A stretch of 56,006 nucleotides of DNA from Girardia tigrina (GCA_001938485.1 MQRK01222550.1:1-56006), one strand, 5' to 3'; shown: positions 44,001-56,006, counted from the stretch's first letter. Made by a program: numbers and translations. Notes: a model not told the origin generated them from the sequence alone.

Positions 44001-45995
44001 AAAGACACTCAATAACTGTACGAGTCTTATAATAACCGGTGGGCACTTATAAAGTTTTATTTTCAAGAATTCGTTTATATTAAGAATTGTACTCAGTTTC
44101 TTAATCGTCGACTTCCTATTACTATCATCGTCTTTTTTCGCGAGGCTCGTTGAAATTATCAAATTGAAATATTCGAAAATCGTCAGGAAATTAAAATCTA
44201 ATTTATAATCGATAAAAAACGCGACTTGAGAAAACAATTTTTTGTTGGTTATATTGTTAATTTTGATATCGTTTATTTGGAAATATCCTTGACTTTGTTG
44301 AGTAAGACCGCAAAGGATTTTTATGATTGTTGACTTTCCGCATCCGTTCGGTCCGACAATTGCTGTTACTGCGTTTTTCGGAAACGACATGCTTAAGCCT
44401 TTTAAAGCGAAAATTGGCTCTCGAGTGTGGCTTTGGTAATATTTTGATAATCTTTTCACGCGTATACAAACGGGCCGTGATGGACTAGGATCAGAGAAAA
44501 TTCTTTTCATTCCTCTCGACAAACTATCGAATGGAGACGATTGTAACGTGTTCAGCATTCGTAAACTCAATCTTTGATTAGGACCTCTACGGATACTCTG
44601 TCTATTGGGCCGATGACTGCTTGAGTTATGAAATGATTTCTCTTCCATTGACAAAAAGCTACTGTTAGCCACAAGAGATAAATCGCTGTTGTCAAAGGTC
44701 CCCGTACTATCAATTGTACGTAATCTTTTCATTATCATTTGCTTGTTAAAACATTTAAATCTTTTATTAAGCTTTTTAAATAATAGTACAATCCAATTAT
44801 TGTTTCTCTCGATTATAATGAAAATGGAAACGAACCAATACGATAAATTTATAAGACCGAAAAATAAAAACGAAGAATTCGAATCTTTACTTCCGGAAAT
44901 GAATTCAAAATCCAGTCGATGTGTTTCGATCTCTTCCACCAATGCCATCAGAGATCCCATTAAAAATACTGGTGAAATTAGATTTTCGTATTGAAGAAAA
45001 AGAGATGTATTTAGAGAATTGCCTTTACAAAATATATAAAGTATTTGTGGTCCCATAATCATCGTTGATCCGAGTAAAACAACGTAAATGTCTATGGGAA
45101 TCAACGAAATTAAAGAAGCTGTAAAGAGACCGGTGTTATAAACTACTGTAAACATTGCAAACAGAAATAGCGAATGGAATTGGGTAATGATATTTCGTCC
45201 GGTAAACGATTTCATAGAACAAACAATCAAAATATTGACGAAAAATGCGTACATGTTATACGTTAGAAATAACGACACGAATTTCATATAGAGGTTTTTG
45301 TAAGCAACTATCGGATACTGATAGGACTTGGTGAGTTTATGAAAATTCACGACGAAACATCCGATAATTCCAAATAAAAATAATAAATAAACTCCCGGCC
45401 ACGATAAAGGCCGGTCGAAAATATCCGGCAAACGACCGATATATATTAGCGGTCTTTCTGTTTCGTTAAAGGTTGTATGGTTTATTAAGGCATCACAAAT
45501 CAAATGAATTCCTCGAATGAAATTCGCCTTCGGAGGAGACCCTAGAAATTTATCATTCTCGTTAACTGACAGAGAAAGATTAATTTTTTGAATATCTTTA
45601 ACGTCGATATTGAAACTACTCAGTTTGGTAGCGTTATTAATTGAATGAATCTGATAGATGTAAGCGAAGTCAGCGATATCTTTATTAATAATTTGGTCCC
45701 GAATCGAAGAAATATTCCGAAAACCTTTGCGAATCGTTTGTGGACGTATCAATTTAATTATTTTTGCAACAACTTTTTCATCCGGGTAATAGTAAAGGTA
45801 AACTTTCGAGAAATTGAATATTTTGTGACTTTCGATCAAATCCCATTGCGAAGTATCGGTGTTATTCAGTAAAGTGTAGCACTGGTATAAAAATACAACA
45901 TTTCCCATGAGAAATAAAAATGGAAAAATAAAATTATGGTACAAAAATAAAAAGTTAAATAGAATATATGCTTTTATTTCATGAATGAAATACAT
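41082..45995 (-). CDS. Divergent full-length ABCA-family transporter, intronless (1637 aa)
   Basis: TM1-ECD-5TM-NBD architecture twice; Walker A GPNGCGKS and GSNNSGKT; Walker B IVVLDEP and LIVLDDP; post-NBD GFKL, LQEYF and GYFV ABCA-like motifs. Confidence 0.9.
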   Translation of the reverse strand: MYFIHEIKAYILFNFLFLYHNFIFPFLFLMGNVVFLYQCYTLLNNTDTSQWDLIESHKIFNFSKVYLYYYPDEKVVAKIIKLIRPQTIRKGFRNISSIRDQIINKDIADFAYIYQIHSINNATKLSSFNIDVKDIQKINLSLSVNENDKFLGSPPKANFIRGIHLICDALINHTTFNETERPLIYIGRLPDIFDRPLSWPGVYLLFLFGIIGCFVVNFHKLTKSYQYPIVAYKNLYMKFVSLFLTYNMYAFFVNILIVCSMKSFTGRNIITQFHSLFLFAMFTVVYNTGLFTASLISLIPIDIYVVLLGSTMIMGPQILYIFCKGNSLNTSLFLQYENLISPVFLMGSLMALVEEIETHRLDFEFISGSKDSNSSFLFFGLINLSYWFVSIFIIIERNNNWIVLLFKKLNKRFKCFNKQMIMKRLRTIDSTGTFDNSDLSLVANSSFLSMEEKSFHNSSSHRPNRQSIRRGPNQRLSLRMLNTLQSSPFDSLSRGMKRIFSDPSPSRPVCIRVKRLSKYYQSHTREPIFALKGLSMSFPKNAVTAIVGPNGCGKSTIIKILCGLTQQSQGYFQINDIKINNITNKKLFSQVAFFIDYKLDFNFLTIFEYFNLIISTSLAKKDDDSNRKSTIKKLSTILNINEFLKIKLYKCPPVIIRLVQLLSVFLLNTSIVVLDEPYLGLDFKSQQNINNLFEERKSQQSIIIATSRADYIETCVDKVILLVSGRVVFQSYAVNLRMENRLGFKLICQMEKNAGTYSIVKYISTLYPQIIFVSSLNENIQFQIPNSLTDQLDSIYETLLSNESRCGLKNIYIKRFNLQEYFDYVYQQKTDQRQSSQQDHHIVIDKWQRKRNEIKLKEEPVFEVIYLKQLKVLLSHRLKMLYRYSNKTTLSILTPLLIVLSFVVLEVTLRHNSAYYSMYPTVIDEIVFGVPLNISKSMQNIIDLLLKNSSVFAFYSNLTFDEFTRQLFSSAVRNEAIYKNTTKVAIYFPNIVSGTDSMKINILSNFENIIAKAFEQLEGYFKNSVDIIFDTVSTIQEKPQEMDLMEKNLLLRIIFISIIVYSNHLFVQNFRFGILERNKFTKFVVVHYSLRFVPKYLVDVALLFLYFAFVTLLIYLMSDFGFTSKDENVYYLALLLCVYGLSDVAYKTFFGEKFHYTPSNILCTIIVDMASMFLCSAISFKIFKINLKTLGYQLKPKCNNDHSIWFTVFIIFIPATNFNSGLVSYLQNLSWDFFDHLCINQLVSRSSLDYNRSYTFGFVFKILVIQWGIYCSLLMISNCPFYWHWLFLFRKSKSNPSCNNKTENPDQPTMTDKELKSYLLIFENVSFYNKNIHSKAFKGINWKIKKGTLSVILGSNNSGKTLLSRYITNCKNRKSGVITFINHKLDISKSKQMLPSISFCRQSCALFDELTVEEMFCFWSQLMSHSHPEIDLMSSFIIDELDLRKDCFRVIKDLSPMTIKKISIGISFIGFSSLIVLDDPLANLDSTSRKSVISLIKLAKLQNCAVVLTSTEINNLENMTDYLVIVKAKQIIYQGPWKEIPVDICIGYFVTLIFENPVIDDEPILSEIKQKFELKYEKTNMINHFSNIVLYFIHCRDLTTITYSSVVIFAEELMMTPESNIIQYLVNLNYMSHDHLK

Positions 45996-48955
45996 TGTAA
46001 TATTTGAAATGATAATTGATAATTAATTGATTTATGTTACATTATATATGTTACATTACACGTCGTATTTGGATAAATTATACTACACTTGTTAACTTTT
46101 TCCTAGGATTGCCGGATTTTTTACTGACTGCTAGATGTCATCAGGAGAAAGTGGCCCTCCATCTGTTCTACGGACAAACTGATAACGTTGAACCTAGATA
46201 CATAACACATTGTTTAGAAATCTTTCGTTGACTCATACTTATATACTTAGATAATGTTATAACCTTATTACGAGTTACCAAGGGTACATCCATAACTTTA
46301 AATATCTAACTACAATTTAACCTAAAATAAACAAAAATACAAATAAATATTTAGAATTCAAACAATCAAGAAATAGATCAATTAAACCATTGATTTTGTT
46401 AAACGTAACAAGTACTTATATAAAATACTTATTCTTAACTTTTAAATAAAGCATATGATGAGAAAATTAAACAAATGATAAAAAATGAACAGTATTAGCA
46501 ACATCACAATTTGAGTGTAAACATTAATTAACAACACAAACATTTTCAGTAAAAATTTCTGCTGGAAGCATTGTTCGTGACTAATATGTTTTTTTTCTAT
46601 ATTCAAATCTTTGATTTAATTAATGAGTTAAAATAATATTAACTTTTAATTTCTCAAAAATTTATTGAATAAAAATACATTAAGTAAATTTTAAAATAAA
46701 CACAATAAAATCCTTTTACTAAAAAATATTATTAAAATTTATAATAATAAAACTTTTTAATTAATTAGTATTTAAACATTAATCTCATTAAATTAATTTC
46801 ATTAGATTCAAATAATCAATCAAATAACATATCAATCCCATCTGAGTAGGAGAGTCACCAATCTAAACAGTATACAAACAACAAACTTACAACATTCAGA
46901 ATTTTACCTCACAAACAGTGTTCAGATTAATTTTCACAAGGGTGTATGTCATTTATTCTACAATATAAAGATTAAAAAATATTTTCAAATTTTATAAATT
47001 TATGAATAAAAGATAAACTTTCAAATATTAAAATATAGCTTTCCCGTCATACATTACGAGTCCTTTCCTAGTAGATTATATTCAGGCATAATAAATTTGA
47101 TAATTCTTTCTTTACAATTTTCTTTTCACAGAGATTTGATAAATTCATCTAATTTTTGAAAGATAATGTCCTGATCCTGAGATTAATAAATTCATTCATT
47201 ATATCCAATAAAGTTTTTGGTTTTGAGTAATCTGCTTTTAATTTCTCATAGAATAGAACTCCCAGTGCTTTATCACCTTTTAAAACGACTACAACAATAA
47301 CCTTTTGTTCTTCTGCAAGGCCAATAATTTGAGTAGTACGATCAAAGTTTTTTTTATAAATTCGTCAAATTTTGATTTCGTTCCCTCAATTTTTTTGGAT
47401 CTTCGGTGCCGCAATGGTTGTGGTTCAAAGACGCTTTCATAAAACATTTTCATGACTAAAATTTATTTTTCAATCAACAATCTACAAATTTAAAACTTTT
47501 TCTCTTTCTCTAAATTTTATTTGAAAGATTTACAAAACGATCAGTTATTTTAAAATATACATAATATAAAAATATAATAAATGCATTCACAGAGAGTCAT
47601 AAAACATTCAATCGTTATTGTGAGGAGTATTTTGAATGTTTGATGTTTTGTGTTTGAATGTTGTATGTTTATTTGGAATTGTGTCTTTCCTACCCAGATG
47701 GATGATTAATATTTGAATTCTTATTATCTAAAAATATGTAATGTTTAAATTTATTTTTAAATTCAAATATTGGTAAAATTTTAAATAAGTTAATTAATTT
47801 TTACAATTTTAATAAATAAATCAAATTAATATTTTTTAAATAATTAATAATCATTTTAATTTTTATCCAATAAGTTTTGAGTAAATATTTTAATAAATTA
47901 TTTATGGCTCCGTTTGCTAAAAATAATAAAAATTAATTCATTAATCAATTTAGTTTTGAATGCAATCGTACTAAAGCTTTGACAAAGATTGTCTTAAGGA
48001 CTGTGAGAAGTGGTTGCAACCTCAATATCTGAATTCATTTTTTAACACCAAACTTTATTTATATAACAACAATTCACATATTTAAACAATTTTTTCTGTT
48101 AATTTAATTTTCTCGTCACAAATAAATCTATTAAATTCTTTTCGATTCAATTTTTAAAATCTTGCAAATTTATTAATTACATTTCACATAAAACTAAAAA
48201 TTTATTTTAAAATTTATTTAAAATCGTTTCATAACTTATATTATTGTTGGGTATTACAAATCTTTAATTTTAAATATTTACTTTTTTACACAAATCTTTA
48301 TTCTTTAAACTTTAATCTGAAATCTTTAATCTGACTCCAATTAATCAGAAAGGACTTCCAACATAAATATATAAATGATTGAACACAAAATTCTTTTTCA
48401 AAACTTTATTTTTCAATAACACAAAATAGGACACAGCTTATATTGTTCAATACAATAATATCAATAGACTTATTCACAAACGGATATAAAATGCGAGTTT
48501 ATCAGATCACAGTTTGTTAATTTTCAAACTCTAAATCTTCTAAACGAACGATAACCGTTAAACCCTTAAAGTTAAAATGAACTTTCTTCTCCTATCCAGG
48601 ATACTTAGTTCGACTTCAACTTCAAGTAAAGAAATAAAAATAAAGAATTTAAATAAATTTACTCTACGTGGATTCTTCTTAAAAATTTGTTGCAGGAAAT
48701 TGTTTGTGTCGATTATGACTGAATTCGTTGTTGTTTATATACTAGTTTTTTCTAACCTTGAAAATTGATCGAATAAAACAAACACTAAAATATTTTTAAT
48801 TTTCAATTCCAAATTTTGCTAAACTAAATATTATTTTGTTTGAAATTAATAATTTTATCAAAAGATTTATTTTAAATTTTTTCTACATAAAATTTTATCA
48901 CAAGTGCTTATATTTATATTTCGGAACCAATGACTTGGAGAAGATCCAACCTGGA

Positions 48956-50111
48956 TTAGCACTGGACCCTACGAACAAAATCCTGTCGCGATTTTTCCTC
49001 AAATAATTGCCACCAATTACTCAAGCTATCTTGGTTGGCATGGAAAATCAGGAGCTTCCGACTCTGGCACTCGTAGCCGACAATATCTGGCTTACTCAAC
49101 AATCGAATGAGAGCAGTTGTTCTCAGGTCACCACCCAGCTTGTTCCGATCCCTGTCACAGTACGCGCACCTGACACACAAAATGCAGATATGCTCACGCA
49201 TATTGTGAGTATTACTTCAATATTATCCAGTTAATTAGTTAATAATTAGTCGAACATTATTTTTAATTGTGGGAGAGTGACAGAAATACTAGGTAAAAGA
49301 CCGGAAATAATAGAAGAAATCATCAAGAGAAGGAAGCTGAAAGCAGCATCAGTCAAATGAATTAACAGAGAGAAGAATAAGAACAGTGCGAGATATGTTT
49401 GTTACTTCTAATATAGGAGAAAATTCTAAAAAATAGTGGACTAGCTGGATACCAAAGATCGAATTCTACATTAATGCAACAAATCAAAGTTACACTGGAC
49501 GATCACCGTTTGATATTATTTGTGGGCGCAAATTATTACTACATGGACAATTCCAGGACTCCTAGATAGACCACGGTGGTAATATTTCAAATAATTTTCA
49601 AATAAGAATACTGCAGACAAGTTGCGGTTGTTGGATAGATCCAAGAGGAGAGAGAGAGCTTTTCATGTTGGAGAAGAAGTTATGGTATAAATGGAGCCTC
49701 ATAAGGCAAAGAAAAACGGGTTCAGATACGAGGGACCTTATAAAATTTTAGAATTTTTAAGTCACATCAGGTATTAATAGATTTCCTGGGTCATCCGAAA
49801 CCGAGAAGAATAGATTGGCTTAAGAAGAAGCAAAAAGATTAAAAAAGTGGAAGTTAGAATATATTGAATATGTTCCACAATTGCGTAACAAGAATTAGCG
49901 ATTACGCAAAGAGATGTTATGTAATTGAAATTGACCTCACCCATTGGCGGGTCAGATCTTATTGCGTAATTACGTCCTACTTTGTAATATTGTATTTTTG
50001 TATTTAAATATAGTTTTATTTAACCGATGTCTTTTAGTTCTTTTACTTGTTATATTAACGCTCTCTCTTCCTCTTCCAGATTAATATCGTGTTTGTGGAT
50101 TCTGATCAACA
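48956..50111 (+). mobile_element. Gypsy debris: gag fragment, integrase tail with GPY motif, purine tract, probable 3' LTR (~49852-50111)
   Basis: PPITQAILVG...LALVADNIW (gag-like); TGRSPFDIICGR and FRYEGPYKILE; AAAAAAGTGGAAG tract; segment ending ...TCAACA. Confidence 0.65.
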
Positions 50112-50770
50112 TTTATCTTAATATAAAAATCAACAAAAATACTAAGAAGGATGAAGTGGATAATATTCAGAATAAAAAAGCCCAATAGAGATGCAGTTTA
50201 TCTTCACTATGTTTTGACATTTTATCTATTTCTAAATTGAAGTTATTATAGATTACATGGATGAAAATGATTTAAGAAGAGAAATATATAGCTCTGATAT
50301 CGAAAAGAATTATAGATAAAAAATATTAATTTATTTTTGAGATGCAGACTGTAAGTTACAGTCTGTAACGGCTTACTAATCTAAGTCATATTTTTGAAAA
50401 AAAAATAAAATTTAAGATTAATAATCTGAATAATTACAACTAACTGAAAGAAAAAATAAAAATATATACATTTAGTGGTTTCTATAAGGGTTACCGTTTT
50501 TAAAATACTGAAGTAACAAACTGACATTTAAAAGAAACTTAAATATATGTTTATATTACTTTCCTCAAAGTTGTTCCGCCTAATTTGATATAGACCCTGA
50601 TGTTTTGTTTCAATGTCTTATCAGTATCAATTTTCTTAAATTAATTTATAAAACAAAAAATGAACAAAAAATACATATTAAACAATTAATAATTGTTCTT
50701 ATTATAAATTAATTAATTAATAGAAAAATAATTATCGAGTTTATTTTTGATCCATAATGATAATCAATTC

Positions 50771-53700
50771 ATGTCTTATAAAATTTTAATTACTAAGCGA
50801 TATCTTAACACCTACAAAGTGTTCCTTTATTTCAACTTTTTCTTCTTGTGTAAGTGTTCGATTATTCTTTTTATCTGTATATTTGGATATATGAATGTCT
50901 TGAGTCACATTCGATTTATGTTAAACAATTTAAAATATCCAAATTGGCAAATGAGAGATGTTAGAGATTTACTGACGGAAGAAGAAGTAAACATATACTA
51001 TTATCCCGACTTTCCAATAGTTAATAAAATAGTGAATTTAATACAAGGTAAGAAAGTAATTCGACCGATTTTATTAAATAAAACCTTAGATCCGGATATC
51101 ATATTCTCTTCGCGAGTGTCTTTGATATTTATCTTTGGATTTTTGTCCATCAATAACGAATCGAATTTCACGAATTTACAACTTGAACTTCCTAACGTTA
51201 CAAGCGTTAGTGTGTCGATTTTAGTGAAAAATAACTATGAAATAATCGAAGGAAAAAGCCACCCAAATTATTTAAATGCGATTAATTTAATAGATTCTGC
51301 ATTTTCCAACGAAATCACGTATAATGATACAATACCACATAAAATTTTTGTCGGAGGATTACCAGATAATTATAATCGACCTTTAGTTTGGCCGGCAATT
51401 TATATGCTATTTCTATTTGGTATCATGGGTTGTTTCATAATAAATTTCCGTAAACTAAATAAGGCATATCAGTCTCCGATGTTGAAAAACGCGAAAATCT
51501 ACTTGAAAATAATATCTTTATTTATTTTGTATAATATATGTGGATTCGTTATACACATTTTGTTTATAACTTATATGACAGTTATGAAAGATATCAATAT
51601 TCTTTCTGCTTGGCCATTCATATTTATACTGTCAATGTTTACACTTGTGTATAATACAGGATTACTTATCGCTACTTTAATATCAAGTATCAATTACAAC
51701 GTAAAATATATCGTTTTTGGGACAACAATTTTCATCATTCCTCAAATTCTTTATATTTTCTGCAATGGAGGCAAGGTGAATTTGTTATTCACCTTTCATG
51801 CTTTTACTAATATTTCACCGATTTTTCAAATTGGATGGATTTTGATGGCATTTGAAAAATATGAAACATATGAAAAGTATGGTCTAAATGAATATGATTT
51901 AGTATATTGGCGTTTTCATATAAAAATTGTCATTCAATTAATATTTTGGATAATTTCTTGCTTGATAATTTATTGTGTAAATAGTCCAACAATTTTAATG
52001 TTCTACGATCGGATTCTTGGCAACTTGAAATGTTGTAATTGTGAACAAAAAAAGAAAATAACCAGTGCTGATGGTTATATAAGCACAATAGATGATAGTG
52101 AGGTTGGAAGTATTTATCATACAGAAACACCAGATATTTTTAATGAAAATAACGACACTAAAGTTTTATCAAATAGACTAAGCCTCAGAATTGCTCGCAG
52201 TTATTCGACTCATTCAAGCAATCCTTTATATCCTGGAACGAAAACGATGAATAAACAATTTTTAGATCAATATACAAATCATCCGAAATGTATTGCTGTT
52301 AAAAAAATATTTAAATATTATAAAACTGAACTTCAAGAAATTTATGCTTTAAATGGTTTTTCTATGACAGCCCATAAAAATTGTTTGACAGCTGTTGTTG
52401 GACCAAGAAGTTCAGGAAAATCAACATTAATAAGAATACTCAGTGGGATGATTCGACCGTCACAAGGATATTTTACTGTTAATAAAATGAAAGTTATATC
52501 GAAACATGATAAAATATTGTCTCAGATTGCTGTTTTAAGTAGCAGTAAGTTAATATTTGACTTTTTAACAACGTTAGAATATATAAATTTATATGTATCA
52601 TTAAAAATACTCAAAAATGTTGATACACATTTAATAGAAGAATTGACAACACTCCTACAAATACAAGATTATTTGAATAAAAAATTGTGTATATGTCCTC
52701 CTGTTGTTATAAGACTAGTTCAGATATTAACTACTTTCCTTGCTGACACACCAATCGTTCTTTTGGATGATCCTTATTTTAATTTAGATTACGAAAGTCA
52801 ATGTAGTATCAACAACCTCTTTCAACAAAGAAAACAGCAACAGACGATTATTGTTACAACATCTTTAGCCAACAACATAGAAACATGTGCTGACAAAGTA
52901 GTCTTAATTGTTTCTGGAAAAGCTGCATTTAACGGTCGATTATTAAATATTAGAAAAGAAATCAGATTTGGTTATAAACTAACATGTTATATGGAAAATG
53001 ACACAGGTTTTTATATTGATACGTTAATCAGATCGAAATTTCCCGACGTAAATTACAAATCATCGAATCGTAAAATGATTGAATTTAAAATACCGAGCTG
53101 CTTAAAAGACGATTTAGAAAAGATATAACAACATTTAATAAAAAATTCCCAAAAATATGGAATACTGAAAATCAAAATCAACCGAATAAATTTACAATGG
53201 TATTTCTATCAGACTTGTAAAAAAAACCGAACCTATTCGACAACATTTGACGATCAATTAACAAGTACTTCGACGGTTTTTTATGACAATTATCCCGAAC
53301 ATAAAACGTTTTTACAGATCTATATTAAACAATTCGTTTTGATGCTATTCAATCAATTTGTTATACTGTATCGATTTCATCATCAAACGACCTTGACGTT
53401 TTTGATTCCACTTTTTACTGTCGTTTGTTCGATCGTCATTACTTCTTTTGTGCGTAGTGATTCGATTTCTTTTAATGAATTTCCGAAAACTGTTGACGAA
53501 ATTATATTCGGAATTTCGAAACGAATTCCGCCGGGTATCAATATCGACAAGATCATTCACGACATATCGCCCAACAGTTCTGTCGGGAAAATCAATCATA
53601 ATTGTTCTTTTCGGAGTTTTATTGATCTGTTATTATTGATGAGCAATAATGACCCGATTGATTATAAAAACAACACAAAAGTCGCAATTTATTTCACAAT

Positions 53701-55585
53701 TACCAAATCTAATTTTCTGAAAATAATAATTCTTTCGAATTTCGAAAATATTTTAACGAAATTATTTGAAACGATAAAAAACTCATTGATTAAATCTGTG
53801 GATATTGAATTTCCGGATGTGAAAATGCGAAAGGGATTGTTTCAATATTCTGCTGAACATGAAAAAATGTTTTTCCTACAACTAATGTTCATGTCGATAA
53901 TCGTTTTCGTTAATACGAGATTTTATTTGTCCCATTATAAAGAACGAAATCGATTTTTCAAAATCGCAGCGATTCATTATACGATTTGTTTCTTACCGAA
54001 ATATTGCATCGATATTTTGGTGGTGTTTTTGTTCAATTGTTTTATCGTTTTGATTATTTACACTTTACAAGACTTGAAACTCAACAAACCCAACGATAAT
54101 ATGTTCTATTTACTTTTACTTTTATTTATTTACGGTATGGCAGATTTGACGTTTAAAACTTTGATTGGTCATTTTTTCAATTTTGGAGCGATCACAATAT
54201 TCTTTTTTATAATTTGTGATTTATTTTCTTCATATGTTACTTCAGTGATTTTTCTTAATTATTACACTTTTTTAATGAACAAATACGGTTATTCTTTTCA
54301 AGAACAATGCCTACACGAATTGTTTGTTGATATGATTTTGTTGATATTGTTTTTTCCCTCGGAAAATCTTAATAACGGGTTTCAATCTTATGTATCTAAT
54401 CCTATAATACAGACTTATAATGAAGAATGTGGCAATCCATTGCTTTCTATATCAATGACTGGATCATACATTGGATTCACATTAGGGTTTTCAATTTTAT
54501 TACTCTTTTTGCAATGGATTGTGTATTTTTGTCTCCTTCTATTTGTAAATCATCCTTACATTCAATACTTGTTTGGGTTCTTGAATTTTTCAAGAGTGGA
54601 AAAATTTAGTAAAATAAATGAATCAGCTGAGAAATCAGATCATCCGATTATTGTTCTTAAGGACGTTTCTTATATTAAAAATAATTGTTGGAAAAAACTG
54701 AAAAAAATCAACTGGACCATTACAAAAGGAACAATTTCCTTAATTTTAGGGCCTAATAGTTCCGGTAAAACTTTACTCACAGAATTAATAATCGGTTTCA
54801 AGAAACCGACATCCGGTTCGATATTTCGGAGGAAAACAAAGACCAGAAGATCTAAATTTGAGAATGAATTTAAAAGAGTATCGTATTGTCCACAATTTCC
54901 AGTTTTATTTGAGGAGTTAACGGTTAATGAATTCTTTTCATTGTGGGCGAATATTCGTTGTATTCCAGCAAAGAATATCAACTCAATTATAAATTTAATA
55001 ATGAATGAATTAGATTTATTGAAAGACTCTCAAAAGTTAATTCAAAATCTTTCCCAGTTGACAAAAAAAGTCATTGGTTTGGGAGTATCTGTTGTCGGTT
55101 TCCCTAGTTTAATCATTGCTGATAATCCTTTAGCAAATATTGATATTTCGTCTCAAAGAAGCATCATTTCTCTTTTAAAAATTGCCAAGTTTCACGAATG
55201 TTCTGTAATAATTACGGCAACAGAAGTGAACGATTTACATGGGTCCATTGACAATATTCTTATATTGAAGAATTATGAAGTTCTTTATCAAGGTGAATGG
55301 TGTAATATTCCAAGTGATATTTATGTAGGATATTATTTGACAATAGTTTTTGAATTTCCGATGAATAGTTTTGACTTGGAAGAATGTGAAATTGTTAATA
55401 AACTAGAAACAAAGTTCAAGAAATCGCGATTGATAAACCACTATCAAAATATTGTGATTTTTTTCATTCCGTGTAAAAACACAGAGGAAACTGAGTACCA
55501 CTCAATTGTTATGTACATTGAAAAAATTATATCGCCAATTCCGAAAATTATTCATTACTTTATAAACTTTAATATTTTATTATGA
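50771..55585 (+). CDS. Second intronless ABCA paralogue; one reading frame with a single internal TAA at 53126-53128 (young pseudogene, split gene or base error)
   Basis: ORFs ending 53128 and starting 53339 are in frame with 70 open codons between them; aligns with the 1637-aa paralogue (YYYPD, RPL.WP, VYNTGL, PQILYIFC, NTKVAIYF, ILSNFENI). Confidence 0.88.
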
Positions 55586-55748
55586 TCTTTTGATAATTAT
55601 GTAACTTCTATTGTTACTATTAATAAAATAAAAAATACGATTTTATAGATGTATTATAATGGAAATTAAAACTCCTACAGCGCAAAGAACTTTCTGTTCT
55701 GTGTGTAATATTTTAGTATGATATATTTTCAATCTATTAACCGGGAAA

Positions 55749-56006
55749 TCAGCTATTGTTCAACTCGTTTCTGAATGGGGACTTTTTGTCGCATCGACTA
55801 CATGATGAATTATATATAACCACTCTAAGATTGAATAAATAAGAACAACTTAGAATGTAAAAGGTTAAACTGGAGATTTTCATTGAAATTGTTTTCGACT
55901 CCAACTCATTTTCGATCAAATGATCATTCATTTTCGTTAAATAATCGATATTCATAAACTCGTCATTATTGTCAAACCGACTCAACAACCAGATCGGTAA
56001 TCCATT
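55749..56006 (-). CDS. Possible 3' end of an unknown gene cut by the window edge
   Basis: Open frame from the window edge to a stop at 55749; no recognisable motif. Confidence 0.25.
   Translation of the reverse strand, partial: NGLPIWLLSRFDNNDEFMNIDYLTKMNDHLIENELESKTISMKISSLTFYILSCSYLFNLRVVIYNSSCSRCDKKSPFRNELNNS

Overview
AT-rich, gapped eukaryotic genomic DNA (spliceosomal GT-AG introns, mitochondrial and nucleoporin genes, no prokaryotic operon, rRNA, tRNA or CRISPR structure recognised). The host is probably a fast-evolving animal-like lineage, but I cannot name it. Host genes: (1) an intact 4-exon ETHE1 (persulfide dioxygenase, 259 aa, minus strand) with two tiny introns (47 and 63 nt) and one 16,352-nt intron packed with nested transposons; (2) two intronless, head-to-head ABCA-family paralogues whose nucleotide-binding domains share the same non-canonical motifs, one of them split by a single in-frame TAA between its two halves; (3) three decayed gene fragments (NUP214-like, ACOT8-like, SCaMC/SLC25A24-like). 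The rest is a transposon graveyard: Gypsy LTR elements and solo LTRs, hAT, mariner, pogo/Tigger, piggyBac-, Harbinger- and Mutator-like MITEs, a non-autonomous Helitron, and RTE and RLE-type LINE fragments. There are also unexplained GC-rich hairpins inside (AAT)n tracts. The best candidate for new biology is the possibly non-catalytic ABCA pair. All family assignments come from motifs recognised by eye; no database search was run.
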